A stretch of 61,944 nt of DNA, filler included, from an uncultured Methanosarcinales archaeon (lineage in GTDB: Archaea > Nanobdellota > Nanobdellia > Woesearchaeales > CAYVYK01): assembly GCA_964455675.1 (NCBI GenBank). It is 2 parts of 2 records of this genome, joined end to end, with 100 filler letters (N's around TTAATTAATTAA, not from the genome) between each part and the next. Parts side by side here need not be neighbours in the genome. Positions count along the whole stretch, not along the records: positions 1 to 31,157 come from CAYVYK010000018.1; 1 more part is not named here. One strand, 5' to 3'. Position 1 is the first letter of the stretch. Each line of letters opens with the position of its first letter. Below the pieces are notes generated by a model, which did not search any database, was not told the origin of the DNA, and was given only the letters and a program-made list of their open reading frames with translations. Of this stretch, positions 11,601-19,834 are shown piece by piece. The position numbers were made by a program, and so were the translations under genes.

Positions 11601-13437
11601 CCTACGGCACAATGAAACATGGTACGCACGCATCCAGGTCTCGGACGGCACGATATGGGGAGACCTCGCACAAACGAGGAACATCACGATCCTCAACACC
11701 GAACCAAACATTACACGCAATACCCCGGAGATCGTGCACACCATCAGGGAACCTACGAGCGTCAACTTTTCCGCGCGAATCACTGACCATGATAATGACA
11801 CGATCACGATCAACTGGTACCTTGACGGGACACTCGCGGAAAGCACGACAGTCGGGCATGGAAACTTCGGCATCCACAACTGGACGTTCACGGGAGCGTA
11901 CAACCAAAGCGGAAACCACTCGATACGACTGTACGTGAATGACACCCTCGACCACAATGAAATCAATTGGACGCTTGTCATCAATAACACAAACCGTGCA
12001 CCAAGCGCGACACCATATATCATAAGCGACGATGCAAAGAACAGAACGAACGCAACGCTTACGCTCTCCTACGTCTACAGCGATCCTGACAGCGAAACGG
12101 AACACAACAACGTGAGCTATCTCTACAAGAACGGAGTCCTTGAACTCACAAATGCCACAAGCATCAATTCAAGCTATATCAGCAAGGGAGACACTCTTAT
12201 CCACAGCGTCAAAGTAGCTGACGCTCTCGAGTGGGGGAACTTCAGCAATTATACATTCAACATACTGAATGCCGCGCCAGACATCCCAACATACTACCCT
12301 ACAAACCTCATCCTCACGTACGCAGAACTCCAAACTGTGACATTCAACGCAACCACGTTTGACCAAGACGATGACACCATCAACACAACATGGGAGCTCG
12401 ACGACGCAGTGATGCTGAACAACTCACTTGTCTACAACTGGACGATCAACTACAGCATGGCAGGCATTCACACCGTGCGGTTCAATGCAACAGACAACAA
12501 CATCAGCTCCGCAAGCGAGATACCATCAATAACATGGGTAGTCGAGGTCACGAACAATGCGATCTGCGGCGACCAGCACTGCGACACTGGTGAAACGTGC
12601 CTTTTCTGCTCCCAGGACTGCGGAAACTGCCACGGAAGCGCTGGAGGAGACGGCGGAGGAGGAGGCGGAGGAGGCGGAGGAGGCCTTGCACCAATCTTTG
12701 ATGAGGAAGAAGAATCAGTCGCAGTGCCACGAAATATTGGAGAGCCCATCGAACGCGTGCACTTCATCATCGTACAGAAAGGAAAGCCCATCACGTTCAA
12801 AAGCATGCAAAACAACAAAGCAATCATCCTTGATCGGATCATCATCGACCCGGCGTGCGAGCGAAAAGATGTCACACTCAGCGTGCAAAGAATCGAGCGG
12901 CTGCCAGTCACGGAACCCATCATCAATGGCAAACCCATAGGATTTTTTGAAGTCAAAAAGATGAACCTGGAATCCAAATGCATCGATTCTGTGCGCTATG
13001 AATTCCTCGTCCAGCGAGACGTGTACAAGGCCCTTGGCATGAAGCCTGATCAGACAGTGATCTATAGATACGGAGAGGAAGGATACTGGGAATTCCTCCC
13101 CGTCACAGCACGGATAACTGACGACGGAGAACATGTGCTTTTGCAGACACAATCCGCAAGGCTATCATATTTTGCTGTGTACGTGAGCGGAGATATTGAA
13201 GGAACGATGGAATTCCCCGCAGAGATCAAAGTAGCGCCCGCAACAATCACGGAAATCGTCAGCGGCATCGATAAGGATAAATTCCTCAAACTTTCCAAGA
13301 TCATCGCACTGCGCCTTGCAGCGCTAACACTACTTGCATTCATCGCGCTCCAAACAACCAAGATCATACGAAAGCGCGAGAGCACAGCAGAACAACCCCA
13401 GACATCAGAACAGAAACCACCAGGTGAGCAAATATGA
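8671..13437 (+). CDS. Membrane-anchored surface protein with tandem Ig-like domains, Gly linker, PGF-pre-PGF-like domain and C-terminal TM helix
   Basis: Signal peptide (MLVIFLLCILFSVGAFA), repeated 'DxDGD..T..W...G' Ig-like modules, CGDxxCDxGExCxxCxxDC motif, poly-Gly, a domain ending LSYFAV, then a hydrophobic helix and basic tail. Overlaps the upstream gene by 10 bp. Confidence 0.8.
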   Translation: MSIKQIDTMLVIFLLCILFSVGAFASHPICGLVNNADDSTSPLGLGVVLYYPATPTTTTGCTVVDDEGNNKYCCDLEVLNPTWNIGDVVHTEIYATAELYFAGPVATTTTGGGFDTAPVMQLKTGINLSVPQNGELFITDSIPINVSTSQPYNNTLWYYCNSTGVNTTLCTNCKNATTLITNRDDGDHLITVYANDSLGHQITRSAIAVIDADNDPLSITDYGPDNLTPEITEIEQQVFTITAADPNNYSVITTFWYKNGTLIDAATNSSTYTFIGRLHGEDAARVYNITVEVTDGEFFDTQSWTLNVTNYNTEPTTSLVKINSTLNLNRTNETLRCYAQAFDMEDPLLSVIYEWYRDGDLGGEGAYSSITNNSLTYMSSILPGSTTKGDKWMCRVIYYDGTVNQSAWSSANMTIRDTPPVIIRTVPAASDVYVDEPNGQTFNISIRDRDSDVIQVTWKRDATVTSQKNITSAGYANQNSTFQGGYSTSGTYTIMAIISDGEYNATHSWTLHVFNTNKAPTINKTNITSTDAKNRTNGTITMHYTYNDPDGDAQTLSEIIWYKNGVINSTWTNASSIASTNFSKADIFIAQIRGRDGSNWSNWTNTSAFTITNAEPTITGLQPPQNSYKGIAFSFNFTAADIDGITDIDHCILAINNGSYVNRTNYTTVTGSHGLVWTVPENYNATLTWNVSCKDDGNTVSTTDNRIVHVTNIVPVISYLFPLPDNSTIIRDSNGTLSLAVQAQGEGIFYMNVSIWNASGIVYTNSTHFSFTDVHTFAPNIPISTWKSMNYTITAYTENGGNYSAQQDITFMINTMPIVQTVTLTPTTAYANATLICNVTNATDVELNSLTVHYTWLKNRNPSIIEEKEYGRSSSYDCILRECAKSDNITCRVTADDGTEEGAAAELTKITANYPPNVNWTDLISLDPSNRSNASLSLYYTSYDLDGDAEVEARIFWYENGTIVTALTNETYVTREYLRHNETWYARIQVSDGTIWGDLAQTRNITILNTEPNITRNTPEIVHTIREPTSVNFSARITDHDNDTITINWYLDGTLAESTTVGHGNFGIHNWTFTGAYNQSGNHSIRLYVNDTLDHNEINWTLVINNTNRAPSATPYIISDDAKNRTNATLTLSYVYSDPDSETEHNNVSYLYKNGVLELTNATSINSSYISKGDTLIHSVKVADALEWGNFSNYTFNILNAAPDIPTYYPTNLILTYAELQTVTFNATTFDQDDDTINTTWELDDAVMLNNSLVYNWTINYSMAGIHTVRFNATDNNISSASEIPSITWVVEVTNNAICGDQHCDTGETCLFCSQDCGNCHGSAGGDGGGGGGGGGGGLAPIFDEEEESVAVPRNIGEPIERVHFIIVQKGKPITFKSMQNNKAIILDRIIIDPACERKDVTLSVQRIERLPVTEPIINGKPIGFFEVKKMNLESKCIDSVRYEFLVQRDVYKALGMKPDQTVIYRYGEEGYWEFLPVTARITDDGEHVLLQTQSARLSYFAVYVSGDIEGTMEFPAEIKVAPATITEIVSGIDKDKFLKLSKIIALRLAALTLLAFIALQTTKIIRKRESTAEQPQTSEQKPPGEQI

Positions 13438-13919
13438 TAACAGCATACCCATCATATGCAACGCATCGAGGAGCACTCCTCTTCTTCCTCTCCATCGTAG
13501 CACTCCTAGGCCTCGTGATGATCACGATGCCAATCCTTGCAGATCCCGATGATCCAGGCAATTCGACACAGAATGGCACAGAAAATTCTACGGATAATAT
13601 GACTTCCATAATAAATGAATACAGCGAGGAAAAGAATTTAGACATCCTCAGCAATCACAAAAAGCTCGTGCGCGTCAGGGGAGGCAATACTGATAACCTC
13701 ATTGTCTACCCTGGCGGAACAAAGATAACGAACGCCCGAGAATTCCTACTCCTGCATGAAGCCATCTCGGTCATCTGGTACCAGGACCGGACAACGGATG
13801 AAGCACACTTTTACATCAGCGAATTTGGAGGCGCAGGAGAGAATTTTGACCTCATTCCAGGCCAAAGGTACAACATCGTCGTCCGCAAGGACGTGAACAT
13901 CACGTTACCATCACATTAA
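13434..13919 (+). CDS. Small secreted/membrane-anchored hypothetical protein
   Basis: ATGA overlap with the upstream gene and an N-terminal hydrophobic helix. Its C-terminal NFDLIPGQRYNIVV resembles NFRLQPGLALQVTL in the C-terminus of 2..8680. Confidence 0.7.
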   Translation: MITAYPSYATHRGALLFFLSIVALLGLVMITMPILADPDDPGNSTQNGTENSTDNMTSIINEYSEEKNLDILSNHKKLVRVRGGNTDNLIVYPGGTKITNAREFLLLHEAISVIWYQDRTTDEAHFYISEFGGAGENFDLIPGQRYNIVVRKDVNITLPSH

Positions 13920-13964
13920 CCGGTTTAAACAGATGAATCCTACTATGAGAGTACGGGGGAAAAC

Positions 13965-15623
13965 ATGCGAGAAAAGATGATCACGCTCATCGGCATGATA
14001 GTCATCCTGTTCATCCTCTCAACATATGCGGCACACGCAGTGCAGGTAGTCACCGGATACGTCGCTAATCGTGACGACGGCCGCGCACAAGGAAGAACGG
14101 TCGTCATCTGGAAATCTGGAACAGATATCAAGTCGGACAATAAAACAGCAGTCGTCAGCTCATCAAATATCTACGCTATCAACTGCGGATCACCAGGAGG
14201 ATTCATAACACCTTGCGTCAATGGCGACAATATCAGCGCAAGAGTGGTTTTTAACGGCACGTTCTCGAGCAAGACCGAATGGGTCATCATCAACACGGGC
14301 GACGGGAGCCCCGCAACCGACGTCAGAAATCTCTCGCTCGCGATCGCGAGGCCGCCAAAGATCACGTTCCTCTATCCTGTGAACAACACCGTCGGACTCA
14401 TCGGGAACGACACCATCAATACTACCATCCAGAATAACTCTATCTACGAAGTCGACAAGGCGATATACCTCTTCAAGAATTCATCGGGGAACTATTCAGA
14501 GTATGGAACAGCAGGATCAAGCAACCTCTATCCCACAGGGACTAGCCCGCCGGTAAGCGGAAGATACAACTGGACGGATATCTACAACGCAAGTCTGCTA
14601 AACAACGGAACGTACACCCTTTGCGTTCGCACAAACAACAGTCTCCGGCAGTTCAACGTGAGCTGCATCAGGGTATTCATCACAAACCTCTCCGTCGACC
14701 TTGCAGTGTACGACACGGAACTCTCATACACCCCCTCAGCGGTGATCGAATTCCTCAACACAACCATCAACGCGACGGTCAGAAACCTTGGAAAATCTTC
14801 CATCAACGCAACCATACAATTCTGGTGGGCAAGCCACAAGAACAGGAACTACACAAACGGGACACTCATTCGTAGCATTGACCTCATCGTCCAAGGCCGC
14901 ACGAACCAGAGCGTAGTCTTCAACTGGACAGCACAGTACTTTGGCATGAACAGCCTCTATGTCGTTGCGGACCCACCGATCGCAACCTCAGGGAGCATCC
15001 CAGAGAATGATGAAAACAATAACGTTGGATATATCAACATCACATTACCGATCTGGCACACATTCGCTGGAAACGTCAGCGGAAGCCTTGTTCTCTCCGA
15101 CCTCGCAAATTACTCCCTCCTCACGTGGAACGTCACGAACAGCTCGTCACAGAATATCTACTTCACAAGCGCAGGACAAAGCATCAGCTTTGCCGACCTT
15201 CGAGCGCTGGGAAGAAACACGAGCGGCAATTATGAGTATAAACACTTCCTTTCCATCGACACGAACCTCAACGTCTCACATGTGAATGACTCAATCAACC
15301 TATCATATACCGCGAGCGGGCAGCCGAAAGCAACGACAAGCCTCTATGTCTTTGGAACGGAGATCACGAACGTACCCGTCATCAACTCCACAAACTCCAG
15401 CTCGTTTCTCACCGGAATCCTCTGGGATACGAGCGATGATGACGGCGACGGCGGCTACGATACCACGGACAAGGAGGATATCGTGTTTGTCACGACAACG
15501 TCTGAGAATATCCCTGGCATGTATGGCACGTATGACTTCGAAGTACGAGTGCCAGCTCCACTCCGCGATTACACATCATGGGGCGCAGACGACCCGGTCG
15601 CCATTTTCGTCGAACTCCAATAG
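13965..15623 (+). CDS. Secreted protein: Ig-like and CARDB-like domains plus a C-terminal divergent 'GNV...VEL' domain
   Basis: Signal peptide and CARDB motifs (DLAV...INATVRNLG...VVADPP...IPENDENNN). The C-terminal domain runs WHTFAGNVSGSLVLSD...YDFEVRVP...AIFVELQ-stop. Confidence 0.8.
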   Translation: MREKMITLIGMIVILFILSTYAAHAVQVVTGYVANRDDGRAQGRTVVIWKSGTDIKSDNKTAVVSSSNIYAINCGSPGGFITPCVNGDNISARVVFNGTFSSKTEWVIINTGDGSPATDVRNLSLAIARPPKITFLYPVNNTVGLIGNDTINTTIQNNSIYEVDKAIYLFKNSSGNYSEYGTAGSSNLYPTGTSPPVSGRYNWTDIYNASLLNNGTYTLCVRTNNSLRQFNVSCIRVFITNLSVDLAVYDTELSYTPSAVIEFLNTTINATVRNLGKSSINATIQFWWASHKNRNYTNGTLIRSIDLIVQGRTNQSVVFNWTAQYFGMNSLYVVADPPIATSGSIPENDENNNVGYINITLPIWHTFAGNVSGSLVLSDLANYSLLTWNVTNSSSQNIYFTSAGQSISFADLRALGRNTSGNYEYKHFLSIDTNLNVSHVNDSINLSYTASGQPKATTSLYVFGTEITNVPVINSTNSSSFLTGILWDTSDDDGDGGYDTTDKEDIVFVTTTSENIPGMYGTYDFEVRVPAPLRDYTSWGADDPVAIFVELQ

Positions 15624-15799
15624 TCACATATCGAAGCGAGTCTCTCGTATGGCTCATTATTCATGTGACTCTATTCATGTGCCCCCATTTCCCTCTCCGT
15701 TCGCCTCTCAATTTAGAAGGGAGGGCGGTAAGAAGTTACCATTTCACAATACTACTAAAAGTATATATACGGATTTTTTTTAATGAGTCAGTGGCGAAA

Positions 15800-16360
15800 A
15801 TGGGAGAAGCAGAAGTACCAGATGAACTGCCAGCGCTACCAGCAGCAGCGCCGGCACCAACAGCGGCAGCGCCGGTAGCGGCTCCTCCTCCAGCGCCGGT
15901 CGCGGCAGCGCCTCCAGCACTGCCGTCCCCGACAGTTGATCCAAGCCCACCCACAATTGCACCGCCTGAATTACCAAAAAATCTGGAATTACCCAAGTTC
16001 GAGCCGCATCTTCCGGGAACATACCCACCACATATCGACCAGAAATTATTCTTCTCACGACTTATCACTGACTTTCACAAAGAGAGCCCGATCAAGGGAG
16101 GAACAGATATCATAGCAGACCTTCAGAAGAACTGGCAGGATCAGAAACTCCAGAACAAACTCGATGAGATTGATACTGAGCTTGCGCAAAAGTCAAAACC
16201 ACTCCAGGAACTTGAGAAGGAATGGAGAATCCTCCAATTTGAGATCGACGGCAGGCAAGAGCGGCTGAAAATGGTCGAAGATGAGCTCCACAAGGGAGTC
16301 CGTGACATACAACTACTTCTCGAACGGCGGGAGAGCCTCTCGCGACTTCTTGGCCAATAG
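15800..16360 (+). CDS. Hypothetical cytoplasmic protein with Pro/Ala-rich N-terminus and coiled-coil C-terminus
   Basis: Start moved to ATG 15800, downstream of an AT-rich TATA-like stretch. PAAAPAP low-complexity region, then heptad-like LQ/LE/IE repeats. Confidence 0.7.
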   Translation: MGEAEVPDELPALPAAAPAPTAAAPVAAPPPAPVAAAPPALPSPTVDPSPPTIAPPELPKNLELPKFEPHLPGTYPPHIDQKLFFSRLITDFHKESPIKGGTDIIADLQKNWQDQKLQNKLDEIDTELAQKSKPLQELEKEWRILQFEIDGRQERLKMVEDELHKGVRDIQLLLERRESLSRLLGQ

Positions 16361-16490
16361 AATTCTCCGTACGCGTACGATGAACTAAAAAACCAAAGAA
16401 TTTAAATACTAGTATACGTAAGTGTATATTGGTTTGTAAAGTCATGTGCTTTGGTATATTAATATAGGATTATCACAACTGATGGTGCGA

Positions 16491-17357
16491 ATGATGAAGA
16501 CGGTGCGGTACATGTGGGCAATCATGATGGTTATGATCCTTCTCGGCGTCACAGCAGTATCCGCAGTTGACTCGACTTCACCAGAAGGGCCAACTCTCAG
16601 CACGATTAATACAACAAGGCGCAACCTCACAGGTTCACGCATTAGGACCGCGGTCGCGGGCAACGTGACCCAGATCACGCTCTCGGGCGCGTCAATTACG
16701 CAAACATGGCAAGGATACTACGGAAATGTCACCGGTCGCATACGCCTTGACAATGCGGCGAACGAAGCGATGTACAGCTGGACACTCCCGTATCCAAGCG
16801 GTGAAATATTCGCAAGCCAGGTGCAAGTCATCAACTGGACAAGCGACAATCTCCGATGCTGGGAACTTGACAGTACGAATAACTATGACGCAGATATCAC
16901 ACTTTATGAGTATGAGACAGGAAGCGTGGCCCCAAGCTTCCCAGGCCTGGGCCTCGGAGTTACGGACGTCGATGGAGTCGATGAGACATTCACGAACCAC
17001 ACGCCAGGAAGCACGAACGCAACAGGACACACCAGCTTCTATGTTGGAAATAGATACTTCAACGGAAGCATGACAGGCGGACCAGTCGCGTGCCCGCGAA
17101 CATGGCTCTACAACAGCAGCGGAACCGGAGGATTCTGGGGAACACACTATGAAGACACTGCATTCGAAGAAGTCCTCATTTATGGAAATCTCCACGGAAC
17201 TGCTGCATCACTACCTATTTATACATCAATCATCAGGCAGTACGGAGCTGCAGGTTTTGATGGGAAAACATGGAACTTTGAGATGATCGTCGCAGAAAAC
17301 GGACACAATGGTAACACTGCAACTACAAACTACTACTTTTATGTGGAGCTCGAGTAA
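16491..17357 (+). CDS. Secreted 'GNV...YYFYVEL' family protein, copy A (putative structural subunit)
   Basis: GGTG RBS before ATG 16491 and a Sec-type signal peptide ending AVSA. Motifs WQGYYGNVTG, GEIFAS, 2 Cys, GFDG..NFEMIV, YYFYVELE-stop. Confidence 0.85.
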   Translation: MMKTVRYMWAIMMVMILLGVTAVSAVDSTSPEGPTLSTINTTRRNLTGSRIRTAVAGNVTQITLSGASITQTWQGYYGNVTGRIRLDNAANEAMYSWTLPYPSGEIFASQVQVINWTSDNLRCWELDSTNNYDADITLYEYETGSVAPSFPGLGLGVTDVDGVDETFTNHTPGSTNATGHTSFYVGNRYFNGSMTGGPVACPRTWLYNSSGTGGFWGTHYEDTAFEEVLIYGNLHGTAASLPIYTSIIRQYGAAGFDGKTWNFEMIVAENGHNGNTATTNYYFYVELE

Positions 17358-17366
17358 GGTGGAACA

Positions 17367-18221
17367 ATGAAACATACACATATTATACAAAAGATCACCT
17401 CGCTCATCTTGATAGCAATCCTTGTTCTATCTACGATGTTATTTGTGGTGACTGCCGTCGATCCCGAGAAACCGGACAGAATTCAGAACTTATCCAACAG
17501 GACAGCTAACTATCCGATCGGATGGAAACTCAATAAAACACGAGGCTTCATCTACATATCGAAAATCACCCACGCGCAACCAACACTCAAATGGCTTGGC
17601 TACGTTGGAAACGTCACGGGTACAATCGCGCTCAAGGATAGCAGTTCGTACGCGCTCTTTGACTGGAGCACAAGCGTGGTTACAGGAGAAGTATACGCAA
17701 GCAAGGAAGCAAGCGCGCATGCGGGAGACATCTTTGGAGGAGGAATCCCCGACTGGGCAAACGTGATCTGCGCAAACCAGACCATGATCAACGACGAAAT
17801 GGGACTCTTCAACCACAGCATCACGGAAGGCGATCGGTACAACAACACGTTCCGCAAGGAGAACTTCACGCTGAAGACGTTCTATGCTGGAACAACACTC
17901 GTGAACGACACACTCGTCGCCCACCGCGTCAACGACAACTGCAGAGGACTCATCCTGAATGTGAACGGAACCCGAGGAACAGGAACAGCAGCAAGCAAGT
18001 GGCAGGAAGTCGTACTCACCGACAGGACAACAGAGGACGAGAGCAGCGATAGCGGCTATGGAAAAGCAATACAGTACGACATCATCTACGCAGCACTCCT
18101 CGAGAACCAAACCTACGGATACAACCGGCAAAAGGTTGATTTCCAGATGCTGCTACCCCAAAGCGGACGACAAGGAAATGTCAACAATGTCGCGTTCTAC
18201 TTCTACGTAGAACTGATCTAG
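17367..18221 (+). CDS. Secreted 'GNV...YYFYVEL' family protein, copy B
   Basis: GGTGG RBS and signal peptide. Motifs WLGYVGNVTG, GEVYAS, 2 Cys, DFQMLLP, FYFYVELI-stop. Confidence 0.85.
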   Translation: MKHTHIIQKITSLILIAILVLSTMLFVVTAVDPEKPDRIQNLSNRTANYPIGWKLNKTRGFIYISKITHAQPTLKWLGYVGNVTGTIALKDSSSYALFDWSTSVVTGEVYASKEASAHAGDIFGGGIPDWANVICANQTMINDEMGLFNHSITEGDRYNNTFRKENFTLKTFYAGTTLVNDTLVAHRVNDNCRGLILNVNGTRGTGTAASKWQEVVLTDRTTEDESSDSGYGKAIQYDIIYAALLENQTYGYNRQKVDFQMLLPQSGRQGNVNNVAFYFYVELI

Positions 18222-18234
18222 AATTGCTTAGAAT

Positions 18235-18266
18235 TCATTTTCATTTCTTTATCCTTTTTCTTATCC
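18235..18266 (+). terminator. T-rich archaeal-type terminator candidate
   Basis: Pyrimidine/T tracts directly after the stop at 18221. Confidence 0.4.
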
Positions 18267-18450
18267 ACTGCCGCTTGTGAATGCAAGGCAGTGATTATAC
18301 CCCGTATCCAGTTTTACGAAACCACGCTCTAGCAGTACGTGAGAAGTCTCAGAAAGGGTGATCCACTAGATCGGAACATTATACTACTTCTTACCAACGC
18401 ACCATGTAATCCCTGTTAGCACCTTGCGTAAATCATGCGCCAGCACATTA

Positions 18451-18513
18451 TACTTACATTACTATAACTTATTTAATAATGCGTTAATTTTATATATACT
18501 TGTACTTACATTA
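18451..18513 (+). promoter_or_regulatory. Promoter with TATA box flanked by two TACTTACATTA direct repeats
   Basis: TACTTACATTA at 18451-18461 and 18503-18513, TTTTATATATA at 18488-18498, ATG at 18528. The same layout recurs at 21616-21672. Confidence 0.75.
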
Positions 18514-18527
18514 CAATAAGTACCTTC

Positions 18528-19058
18528 ATGGTTCTTAACCCGAACAGTGGAGTTTTGACACGTTTACCTACCTTTAGCCCCAAACATCCAAAAGACCAAG
18601 CTATCAGACGCGTCCTCAAACTCGCGGCACGCGAAGGCATTCAAGCACGAGACCTTGCCAAATACCTTGCAGAACCACCAGCAGAACAGATCCTGCCCCT
18701 CACCATATTCCGGAATCGCCGACTCAGCCCACTTGAAACAACCGTGAAGTATCTGAAAGAGACGGGAATGAAAAACCGCGAGATCAGCACACATCTCTCG
18801 CGCAGCGACCAAACAGTCTGGTACACCTACAGAAACGCGAACCGAAAACACCCCAGCCTCCTCACTGTAGAAGAGGGTCCTGGAATACCCCTTCAAGAAT
18901 TGCAACGAGAGGACCTCAGTTTTCTTGAGACACTTGTTGTATGGCTCCAAAAACAAGGACTTCGCTACCGGGACATCGCAAATATTCTCGGCAGAAATGA
19001 ACGCACAATCTGGACACTTGCCATGCGCGCCAGGCGAAAGACTGGAGGTGCACCATGA
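18528..19058 (+). CDS. Tandem-HTH (sigma70 region 4-like) DNA-binding protein
   Basis: Two internal repeats LSxLETxVxYL..G...xEI...LxRxxxT[VI]W...RAxRK. ATGA overlap with 19055. Confidence 0.8.
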   Translation: MVLNPNSGVLTRLPTFSPKHPKDQAIRRVLKLAAREGIQARDLAKYLAEPPAEQILPLTIFRNRRLSPLETTVKYLKETGMKNREISTHLSRSDQTVWYTYRNANRKHPSLLTVEEGPGIPLQELQREDLSFLETLVVWLQKQGLRYRDIANILGRNERTIWTLAMRARRKTGGAP

Positions 19059-19768
19059 GGAAACACTCAATTATCCTCATACTGATGTTCCTCCTCCTCA
19101 CAGTCATGGCACTCGCAGCAGCACCAGAACCACGCTCGCCCACGAACTTCACGAATGAATCCGTCGAGATAGCAGTGCCAAGCTCAGCGCAGGAGTACAA
19201 TGTGAGCGGAGGAACGATCAGCACAATACAACTTACCGGAATCACGCAAAACCCGCACTGGAAAGCGTTCGTGGGTAATGTCACAGGATCCTACTCATTA
19301 TCAGACTCACAGAACAGAACAATCTATGACTGGACCCTTGCCACAATAACGGGAGAAGTCTACGCAACACGGCGCTCAACGCTCGTCAGTTGGGACGATG
19401 TGCGGTGCGCGAACTCGAGCAGCATCTATGATGAGGAACGGTTGATCAACTTCACGAACAGCAGTGTTGACCGCATCAATTACACATTCAGCACGGGAAC
19501 ACACCCAGCGTTCTACGTTGGAACCGTACCAATAGCGGCAAACACGTGCCCGCGCGTGTACACCTATGTCAACAGCGCGAGCGGCAGCACGAACTTCCCC
19601 GAGGTACTGCTCCACGATGAACAGTACCTCATTTATTCATCACTCGTGAACACCACGCAGCAGGGCTTTGACCAGAGCCACTACCACTTCCAGATGATCG
19701 TGCCAGACTATGGCGATGAAACCATTGACAACCAGATCGTATATTACTTCTATGTAGAACTCGTCTAG
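19055..19768 (+). CDS. Secreted 'GNV...YYFYVEL' family protein, copy C
   Basis: GGAGGTG RBS and signal peptide. Motifs WKAFVGNVTG, GEVYAT, 2 Cys, GFD..HFQMIVP, YYFYVELV-stop. Confidence 0.85.
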   Translation: MRKHSIILILMFLLLTVMALAAAPEPRSPTNFTNESVEIAVPSSAQEYNVSGGTISTIQLTGITQNPHWKAFVGNVTGSYSLSDSQNRTIYDWTLATITGEVYATRRSTLVSWDDVRCANSSSIYDEERLINFTNSSVDRINYTFSTGTHPAFYVGTVPIAANTCPRVYTYVNSASGSTNFPEVLLHDEQYLIYSSLVNTTQQGFDQSHYHFQMIVPDYGDETIDNQIVYYFYVELV

Positions 19769-19834
19769 GAGTGACCTTACGCATACCTTTGCGGAAAAGT
19801 TTAAATAGTATTCTTGGGCGCATGAACGAGTACG

